A DNA stretch of 58,711 nucleotides, filler included, from Sphacelaria rigidula (lineage: Eukaryota), in the NCBI GenBank assembly GCA_964200075.2. It is 6 parts of 6 records of this genome, joined end to end, with 100 filler letters (N's around TTAATTAATTAA, not from the genome) between each part and the next. Parts side by side here need not be neighbours in the genome. Positions count along the whole stretch, not along the records: positions 49,011 to 58,711 come from CAXNAA020007936.1; 5 more parts are not named here. One strand, given 5' to 3'. Made by a program: the position numbers and the translations under genes. Of this stretch, positions 49,514 through 58,711 are shown piece after piece. Each line of letters starts with the position of its first letter. The first letter of the stretch is position 1. The notes under the pieces are model-generated. The model worked only from the letters and a program-made list of their open reading frames with translations. It ran no database searches and had not been told where the DNA came from.

Positions 49514-50199
49514 GGCGACACCAGAAAAGAGCCCAGACAAAACAGGCCATAGAAGTAGAAAACAAGAACGAGAATTGATTGATCCGACGCCAGAAACGCC
49601 AGGATCTTTCAAGGAAAACTACTACGGGTGTAACGTATCGGTCATGTGCACAATTATTGGATTATGTATTTAGGTCAAGGCAGAACAAGCCCCTTCAGTG
49701 TGCATTGTATGTCACTTGCATGGCTAATCAAACAGCGAAACGCGAAATTAGTCTCATCAGCGTGCATTATATGTCACCAGCATGGCTAGTCAAACATCGA
49801 AGCCACACTTATCAACCAACCTTTCACCACCATAGTGCAAGAGGCGCGACAATTAATCAAGTAGGCTCACCTCTGGAAATACGGTGACTCGAAATAGCAC
49901 TAACAAAACATTCCACCCTACCTGAAAATGCACTACATTGCCATTCCCCACCATTTAGCAAGCGAAAGAAGGAGGTGTATTGGACGGTCTTACCGCATCC
50001 CAGCTCACAAGTTGAGAGAAGTCGAAAACTACTGACAGTTCAATATTTCACACCTCAGTACGCATGCAATGGAGAAAAAGGCCAACCATTTGGTGAAAAA
50101 TATCGGAGAGAAGCGCATTTCCTAGTCAGTACAGTAACTCTTCCGGCGGGGCACCAAAACAGCCCCCGGTTGTGACGTGAAAGTAAACAATGAGATAAA

Positions 50200-53100
50200 A
50201 GCAGAAGATGAACAAGAGCGCGTCTCGGACTTCGTCTTCCGTGTCCGCGAAAAAAAGCACATCATCCACCCATGTCTTGCATTTTAAGCTGGCGAGCGGT
50301 TCTGTCATGATGTCTTGAAAATATGTCGTGGCATTCAGCACACCTTGCGGCACTCGCTTCGGGGTAAACAAGCCAAACGGAGTCGGGACTGTGCAAAATC
50401 TCCTACGCCTCATCCGCCAATGGCATCTGTCAGTAACCTTGGAGGAGGTCCAACTTGCCAAAAAACGAGCACTCAACAGATCACGCATGTCTGACTATTG
50501 GTTGGGCATCACACCCGGCAACTTTTCAACCTGCTCATTCACTGCCTTGCAGTCGCTTACCAGGCGAAACGAGTCTTTCTTCGAAACCGCCAGCGCCGGA
50601 CTAGACCACACCGCCTGCAAGCTCCTGAGCACCCACCCGGGCACCAAAAGAGCCGCCATGCATGACGCCAACCATCTCGACTTCACCGGATCGTACCGCC
50701 GCGGCTTCGTCTTCACCGCGGACGCCCTAGGTTTCAGCTGAACACACATGGGCTCCATGCGCGTAGAGGGATCACCCCGCAGCGCACGACGAAACGCGTT
50801 GGCGCAGCTATGCAATATGCCGCGCAGGCGCTCCGCTTTCGAGACGCTGAGGCCTTTCGCCACAGCATTCGTCACGCTCTCCTCCAGCGCGACCTCCCGA
50901 GCAGACTCCTCTTCCGCCGGATCCATGAACATCTCCGGGCCGCGCTCTACGAAGCGTTCCACCGCCGCATCCCGCTCCTCGGTCACCTGCCCCCAAGCCT
51001 CCTGAAAAGCATCCACCGACAAGCTCATGCAACGACTGCCCAAAAAGGCGGGCGTCTCCACGTGCGAACCAGGCGGAGATATCCGCGTCTTGATGGAGTC
51101 CTGCAACCGCTCATACGGGTCGACTCCAAGATCCTGAAACGTCGGCAATCCCAGAAGAATGATGCCATCCGACCCTGGCATAATCGCAAACGAGATCGGA
51201 GGCAACGGCGCCGGCCCCCAGGCAGTCGTGGAAGCCAGCTGGAGCGGAACAGTGCGCTCTGTGACGGAAACATGCTGACCCGACGCGGTGACAGCCTGCC
51301 GCGCCCCGAGCGTAAACGGGATGCGCAGCGGCACACCCGGCAGAAGACATTCCAGCATCCCTACAATCTGCACCAACAGACTCACATGTTTGGTGAAGTG
51401 GGCGAGAGAATCCCACATAGCCCGAACCGCATTGGCTCCGCGCTCCCGTTGATTTGAAAGACACAGCTCCACAGGAACGTACTTGTCCGCAAACTCCACA
51501 GGCACTTCATCTGCCGACCGATGCGCCGCTAATCCCGCTTGACGCCACGGCTGCGCAAGCTGCGCAGGTGAAGACGCTCCGGTAGGTTCAAGCGGCGCGG
51601 CCGGCGGGTATGACCCCCAGCCAGCAGACCAAGAATTTGGCGCAACTTCGACCAGCGCATCAGCAGGCGTCGCGCCTGACGCTGCTGCCGGAGTCATCAC
51701 CAGCGTCGCCATCGGCGCAACCACCGGCGCGGGCGCAGTGTTCGACACTATAAAAGTCGGTCCCACCTGCCCGCACGTTGCGGAGCAGTAGCACCTACGG
51801 CGGCGCCGGACCCAGAACCAGACCCATGTTGACGCCGCCGCCGCCGCTGCTTCTGCTGCTGCTGCTACTGCTGAGAACTCGACCGCAACCGTCCGCCGCC
51901 GGAGGATCCGCCGCCGCCACCACCCCGATCACCTCGTCTTTTGCCCTTGTGCTGTCGCTGCTGATGGTGCGCGACATGAGACTGCTCAGACTCTCGACCG
52001 GAAGACGCTGGGCAATCGCGCGCGTAATGGCCGACCTGATCAAAGCGGTGGCAGGTGATGGTTGCAGCACGGCCGGCCGATTTTGAGTCGTGGTGGCGCA
52101 AAGACTTCGGCGTGGAGGTGGACGACTGGCTGAGCACCTCTATCTTCCGCCACCCCATGGCCTCGGCCACGACGGTGTCCATCACCAGGTAAGGGTCGGC
52201 CTTCCAGTCTGTTCCGTGCTGCAACTTTACAAGCACGGCTTGCTTGAATTTTTATGGCGTTAACCCCTCCACCAAACCCTTGGTGATTATGGTAGCTGGG
52301 CCGGGAATAACTTCACCATCGGGTGAACGATATACTACTTCCACGTTCGCATGTTCTGCGAAGTATTTCTCTAGACTGGGCAGGATTAGCTTCACCCGCT
52401 CTAGCATCATCTTTCCTCGATACTTCATGGCGACAACTTTCGCCACGGCCGCGGACGCTTGGGTCAACTCCACCTCGGCGCCCGCCGTATGCCCAGCATG
52501 CGTTTTGATCGCGGCAACCAACTGCGGTGGGGTGATTGTGCTCCCATCATGTTTCACCCGCGCAAACACGCTTTACACATGCGTCGGCACCTGTAGAGCC
52601 ATCGACACTACCTGATATCGCAATGTACCCCCCTCGTTAGCGTGCTCCACACGCTTTCTGCACTCCGGGTACTTCGTATACAAAGTGCGAGATGCGCTCT
52701 CGGAGTACCTATTCCCGTATTGGGGAGGTCACAACCCTTCCCGCATAACCACGGGCGTCACGCTGGACGTACTACGTGAGTCGGTCGCCATAGCTGCAGC
52801 CGGCTACCTGCAAACCTTTCGCAGGCCAGCGGACCTTCGCGAATTGCACATTTCCTTGCTTCGCCGCCGCACCATACAGGGGGTAGGGTCCTCCAAAGCC
52901 TCGCTGATCGTAGCTTCAGCAAGTCTCCAGTCTGGATCAATCACAGGCCAGCCGCCTTTCTGCAGCTACCATCAGCTTGAACCCCCTCCACGCATCCGTG
53001 ATGCTTCAGGTTGTCCCCAGCTGCCAGACTCCTCCGCCAAAAATCTTCCAGCAGGTTCCGCTAGGTACCATCTCTAGTACTAACACTAATATCGATATTG

Positions 53101-53370
53101 TGACGCCAGCCAGAAGAAGAACTGGTGGATCACTGCTTTTGAGAGACTCCCCAGTCTCACTGGCTTCAGTTACTATTTGTCAATCTTTACAACATCTCAT
53201 TATCAGGAGGAGTACTCTTCCAGGCACCAACCTCCTAGACACGCAGAAAATCATCCCCGTGTCCCCGATCATTATCCACAATTCTCCCAGAATCCTCCAG
53301 AATCCCCGTGCTCCCAGTCATTATCCAGATCATCGCTACCAACTCAATGTAACGGCGTATTTTCCTCACA
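50200..53370 (-). mobile_element. 3'-truncated Ty3/Gypsy element: probable 5' LTR, gag, protease and RT N-half
   Basis: Gag with degenerate knuckle CHRFDQVGHYARDC; protease remnant VRAMWDS..ILLGLPTFQDLG; RT motifs WSSPALAVSKKDSFRLVSD, RVPQGVLNA and WVDDVLFF. Stops and frameshifts present. Confidence 0.9.
53099..53370 (-). repeat. Probable 5' LTR (272 bp) of the 50200-53370 element
   Basis: Minus strand begins TGTGA and ends TCACA (terminal IR). It starts exactly where the neighbouring integrase ORF breaks off. No second copy in the window. Confidence 0.55.
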
Positions 53371-56300
53371 GTCGGCAGGCAATTTTTTTGGCATGTCACT
53401 TGTGCCATGCGGGTTCGTGCGAGGTTTGCACCAGTGCACGGAGACGCGTGACTTAGCGTTGTGTCCCAGAAAGTCGCGAGGGAGGTCAAGATAGACACGT
53501 TTGTCGCCAACAGGCTTCTCATCAGGGGATGATGGCGAGGGGGCGACGGAGAAATCTTGAATGGTCCTGTCCAGTTAAGCGATAGTTTAGTCTTAAATAC
53601 TGTCTCGTTGGCGGCTCTGTCAGCGCCTTGGCGGATGAAAGACAAACTGTTGTAAACCCACACCCAATCGCCGACCTCCCAGGTGGGACGTTTGTGCATC
53701 AAATTGTAGAGAGTGGCGTTGGATCCCTCAAGGCGCGAGGCGTTTATAGAGTGTTGTTCACGCACGAGGGAGAAGGCTTTGCGCTGTCGCGCACCCGCGA
53801 GGTCATGGTAGGATATCTGACCCTGATCCAGGCCTTGGTGGTCATCGAAGGTGTGTCTTTCGAACACGGTGATGGGCAATCGAGGGTAGTGCTCAAGTTG
53901 CAGTTCATTCGGAGAAAAGTCAGTAGCGGCGTTGACCGAGTTGTTGTAGGACAGCATAACATGCGATGGAGGTCTCAATCGTGTGGGCGGTCGTTGACAA
54001 CCATGGAGAGCATTTGTGCCATAGTGTGATTAACACGTTCAGTTCCACCATTTCCATTGGGGAAGTAAGCGCTTGTCGCAATCTTGCGAATGCCTAGGAG
54101 CTTGTAGAGTGCATGAAAGAGTTAGGAACAAAATTGCGGACCTTGTGGGAGAGGAGCTGTTTTGAGCAGCCATAGTGCTTGATATAGTCGTGAACCAAAA
54201 TGCCAGCTGTGCCTGCGGCTGTGCAGTCTCCATCGGTGACGTAGTACGAGGATGCATGGCGGCTGAAACAGTCAGTGAAGAGTAAAATGTAGGTGTTACC
54301 ACGATCTGTAGTCGGTAAGGGACCAAAATAGTCGAATGATACAAGATGGCCAGGGGCGTTGGGAAGCGCCATAGAAATGACGGGCCAACGTATTGTCTGT
54401 CGTGAGGTTTTGCGCGCTTGGCACTTGAAGCAGCGTCGAATCCAATAACGGGCGGAAGCTTCCATACCAACCCACCAGTAGAAGCGCTCAGGGAGCGTGA
54501 GTGTGGGCGTAACTCCCAGTTGACAGGACAAATCAGAGTGGCAGCCTTGCATCACCCATAGGCGCATCAGGAATGGAACATAGATGCGGGTGGGTTTGTC
54601 GTTGAGTAGGCGTGCGTGGCGTCCAGTTGTCGCAGCTGAAAGTGTACCCGCTGAGAGTGTTGGGCGACAGACGAGCAATGGAATACCGTCATCGGTGGTG
54701 AGAATGGTGCCCTTACGGGCTAGTTCATACACCTTCGAGGCATAGGGTGGTGGCAGGGTACCAACCGACGCACAAAAATCGTTCGGAATAGGGAGAGGGG
54801 AGCCAAACTGTAAGTACCGCATGGTCGCGCGGCATTAGCGCTCTGCTTGTTGTTCACGAGCCCAATCACGATGAGAGTAGCTGGCGAGGGATTGTCGCAG
54901 TTGGCCTTCTGCTGGAGAGCCTATCAAGCATGGGGGCTCGGGGAGGAGCGGAATTAGTGATGGGGCGGGGGTGCCGACGTCAAAATTCACATCGGGAGCA
55001 AGGTCTAAGGCAGGCTCCGTACGAGCAGCAGGCGCGGGCACGGCTGGTGCCGCGAAAAGCGCCGTCGAAGGAGGGCGCGATGGGGAACGCGATCGACGTT
55101 TGTGGCGCGTAATGCGCGTGTCGGACATGGATAACAACGCTCGGGGCGTGCGAGCGCTGGGAGCTGGCGCGGTGCGGCTCTGGGAAGCAGTAGGCGTTGC
55201 TGGTGGGGCCGGGGCACGTGGAGAGTTGGTGCGGGCGGCGAATCGAGAGTGTGTATCTTCAAAAATGCGATGAACAGCTGCAGGTGGCGGCGCAGAAATG
55301 ATTGCACGAGGGGCGGAAGTTCGGAAGTCGGCGAAATCATGGGCTGTGGGCTTCAGCCCATCCAAGACTGCATCATGTGGCCGGGGGTGAGAACGTCCAA
55401 CGTGCGTACCCGCGTCGGGGCAGTGCAGATCAAGGGTGCATACATGCATGGAAACACCCCGGATGTTGTAAATGCCTGGTTCATCAGGTTCCGTCTGTCG
55501 GCAGGCTGGACTGAAGTCGATAGCTGTTGGGGGCAGGGGCAAGCGGGAAGGAAGTCAGCATTCCCGTTGGTCTTGTCTGAGCGATGCTGACCAGTATACT
55601 GATGGGCAGTTAAAAACTCCAACCAACGCTGTACACGTGGATTATGTTCGCCAACCTTTCTTAGCGAGTTGTTCGAAGGCGCCATGGTTCGTATATATGT
55701 GGAAAGGCACGTGGTATAGATGTCGTCGAAGGCGCTTGATAGCCCAAGTTATGACTTCGCCTTCTAACTCGAGTGGTCTCCAGTTTGCCTCATTGGGTAG
55801 GGTGGCACGGCTGGTATACAGGATGGGTCGGATAGAGCCATCCAGTTGCGGTTGATTCAAAACCGCGCCGAACCCATCGGTGCTAGCGTCGATGTGCAGT
55901 TGGAAGAGGCGAGAGCCATCTTGCACTGCCTCCCAGTCTGGATAGTCGGGAACAGGTTTTTCGGTGAGTGTCTTGAGCAGATCGCGGAAGATAGTTGCCA
56001 TATCGTCCTTGAAGATAAACCCGACGCCTTTCTTTAGTAAATCGGTAATTGGGCGAATCCGTTTGGATAGGTTGAGCACAACTTTTCGATAGTAAGAGAG
56101 CCCACCAAGCAGTGAGCGAAGCTGAGAAATGTTGGTGGGCATGGACAGGTGAGTCATCACCCGAACTTTATAAGTGTCGGGGTGAAGGCCTGCTGGAGAG
56201 ATGGAATGTCCCAGGAAATCCAAGTCAGTCGCCCCGAGGCGAGCTTTGGATGGAGACAGTTTCAAATCATGTGCGCGCAAGCGAGAAAGGAATTCCCGTA

Positions 56301-56405
56301 AAGTACGAATACGTGTCTTATGGGTGAAGCATCGAAAGCGACAGAGTTGTCTAAGTACATGATGAGGTGTTCGAGGCCGTCGGTGACTCGTTGCATCAGA
56401 CGTTG

Positions 56406-56852
56406 TGTTACGGCGGATATCGACTGTATATGTAATAGGCGTTTCGAAGTACGCGTGGCAAGTGCAGTAGGTCTTATTCCATTCGCATGTTGGTGTTGTA
56501 TTCCAATTGGGCGTCTTTCACCGGAGCCCTCGCCCCTCACAACTTCCATCACCCAGCAAATTCAGTTGTAGCTAACCAGTAGCCAAGCCTAATGACAAAG
56601 CTATCAGCCACCACTTGGAGACATCTCGCTTGCAAGCAAGTCAAGAGCACCTCTCTGCACACGAAAGCGAGTCCCTGCTTGGCCTTACGATGCAGTGCTG
56701 GCCGGACTCAAAGGTCTGTTACTCACGAGTTCAAGGGTCATTCCTCTCGACTGCAATTGTTTACCATACCCAGCCGCTGACCCCGTGTCACCCCTGGCCT
56801 AGCATGTTCTTCGAGAGTGAAACCAGTATCACCTCGTGATCAGACCACGACA
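56406..56852. mobile_element. Solo LTR (447 bp) inserted in RT
   Basis: TG...CA ends; 4-bp TSD GTTG (56402-56405 and 56853-56856); removal restores GYFQRLM. Confidence 0.9.
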
Positions 56853-57978
56853 GTTGGAAATAGCCTGGTGCAGTGGCGGCGCCTTGTGGCATGCGGAGCC
56901 ATTCGTAAAGCCCTGAAGATGTACAGAACGTTGTGAGAGAAACTGTATCAGGATGGACGGCGTTCTGGAAAAATCCAGAAGCGAGATCGAAGGTGCTGAA
57001 GATTATTCCTTCGCTGAGGGAGTCGAAAACTTCATCAATGCGGAGAATCGGAAGTTTTCGCACGACAGTGTCGCGGTTCATCCGTGTGTAATTCACGATG
57101 ATGCGTATGTTTCCATCCTTTTCGGGGACAACCACGAGGGGTGAGGTTCATGGGGAGGACGAGTGTTGGATCAAACCAGCTCCCAAGCATGCATCTAAAA
57201 TGGCACTGAATTTTTTAGTAAGGAGGAGGTTTGTCTAATATGGCCGAGAAGAAATTGGCGAAGCGCCTGGTTATAGGGTGATCTCGAAGGGCAGAGTTTT
57301 TCAATGCCCCAAATCCGTCTCGGTGCGGGAAAATCGGTCTTGGCACTCCAGTAAGACATCGTGTAATTCTTTGGTTACAGCGGGTTCCCAACCGGGTCCG
57401 TGGAATTCAAAGTTGATGTCATATAAATGGGGTGGTAGTTGGTGCCACATTTGCAAGAAGCTTTTCCGAAACTCGGGTGATCAGCGTTGGGGCACTTCAT
57501 CAGGAGGTTCGGAGGGTGGTCGGACAGGGTCCACCGTGTGAACCTGTGGCAGGGAGGAGGATCCAAGGTCGAAATAAGGCTCATCGACGTGGTGGACAGG
57601 ACCGACTCTCGAGGGCGCGGAGTCAGGCGTCGGGGTGTCAACTACACACGTTTCAAGCGGAATGTGCATGAGGGAAGCCGCAGCGATGCCCAAAACATCA
57701 CCAGGGTCCAAATTAGCATGAACTGTGAGGGGCAGGACTTGTTTTCCTGCGGAGACAGATTGCTCAGTACCAGCAGGCGCGCCAACCTTAGGGAGAAATC
57801 CTGCAAGATAGTGACCTGTAAGGGCAGGCATGCCATCGCGGCGTACGAGAGCAACTTCTAAAATTTGGGGATCGTCGGAGACGGTAACGTCAGCACTACC
57901 TGCATAACGTAGGTTGTAAGCAGCTCCGGTGGCTTCATCATTTTTGCGATAGGCCAAGGCGCCGTGAAGTGTACCAAA

Positions 57979-58155
57979 GAGTCATCCTACGATAGGGTGG
58001 GGGTGTACTCATGATCATGCTTGCCATAGTCATCAGACCATTGGGGGGGGGGGGTATTTGGTTGCACGAAAAAAGAGGCTCATAAGTGTGNNNNNNNNNN
58101 AAATTTCGAGCAACAAATGGCCCAAAATACCCCCCCCCCTATCGTAGGATGACTC
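57979..58155. mobile_element. Non-autonomous DNA transposon, Sola2-like (internal 10-N gap, so true length unknown)
   Basis: 19-bp perfect TIR GAGTCATCCTACGATAGGG; 4-bp TSD CAAA (57975-57978 and 58156-58159); removal restores the in-frame host peptide ELNLKHFGTLHG. Confidence 0.85.
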
Positions 58156-58711
58156 CAAAGTGTTTCAGGTTGAGTTCACCGCGAGGTACGGACTGTGGCA
58201 AGAGCGGTGGGAGTGTGCGGTAGGTTTGTTGATCAAACCGCATGTAACAGCCTCTGCCTAGTAGCAAAGCATGATTCATGGTGCTGTCGGGAACAATATA
58301 TGCACATACTGTAATGTGATAAGAATTTACAGCTTGCTGAATTACTGTTTCTGGGCACAGGCCGGCGGGTACTAGAATTGTATATCTTGAGTGAATATTC
58401 CAGCGGCATGTGGATCAACCACCAGCCAGCCGTTCGTTTTAACACATGCATCGCTGGTCGCTATCGCGTGAATGACGTGGATTTATAAGAATCTAACGAC
58501 AGATGTATACGTATTTAGAGTTGAAGTCGAGTCGAGTGGATTTGAGTTAAGTTATGACTTTGAGTGAAGACGTGCTGGGGCCGATCAACAGGTCCATGTA
58601 GGCCCCCCTTTCGCCTCACTCGATCATCGTCCCAAGGATAAGCAATGTTGCGGTAGGGGTGCACTTTTTTCGCGAAATTTTGTCTGGTTCAGGGCCTCCT
58701 AACGATTCTAG

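Larger units (their letters stand above)
53371..58230 (-). mobile_element. Degenerate Ty3/Gypsy pol (RT, RNase H, integrase) carrying two nested insertions
   Basis: RT: VVPEKDGNIRIIVNY, FDLASGFFQ, RMPQGA, MYLDN. RNase H: LHIDASTDGFGAVL, ELE. Integrase: H..CFKCQ zinc finger, SFDYFGPLP, LFTDCFSRH, NWTGPFKI. Domain order RT-RH-IN indicates Gypsy. Confidence 0.95.

Overview
This is eukaryotic, repeat-rich DNA, most likely from a brown alga (inferred from the 72-nt LRR exon architecture, an LRRC56/ODA8 gene, AC-rich splice acceptors and the retroelement families). It is not a continuous locus. Six unplaced scaffolds of 9703, 9703, 9702, 9701, 9701 and 9701 bp, sorted by length, are joined by artificial 100-nt N44-TTAATTAATTAA-N44 linkers, so adjacency across a linker means nothing. 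One clear host gene is present: LRRC56/ODA8-like, 4 exons, 42012-47438, with a probable poly-G frameshift error. There are also a few orphan exon candidates and many transposable elements: a LINE RT fragment and LINE 3' ends, a tRNA-derived SINE, nested Ty3/Gypsy elements, a young non-autonomous LTR element, a solo LTR, MITEs/foldbacks and a Sola2-like MITE. The most interesting region is 36052-39109, an array of about 14 single-repeat (24-aa, ~72-nt, phase 1-1) LRR exon cassettes. They sit as convergent sense/antisense pairs facing each other across palindromic donor introns, and the palindrome arms are homogenised within each pair. This architecture suggests an inversion/gene-conversion ('shufflon-like') mechanism for diversifying a ROCO-type candidate immune receptor; the mechanism is inference.
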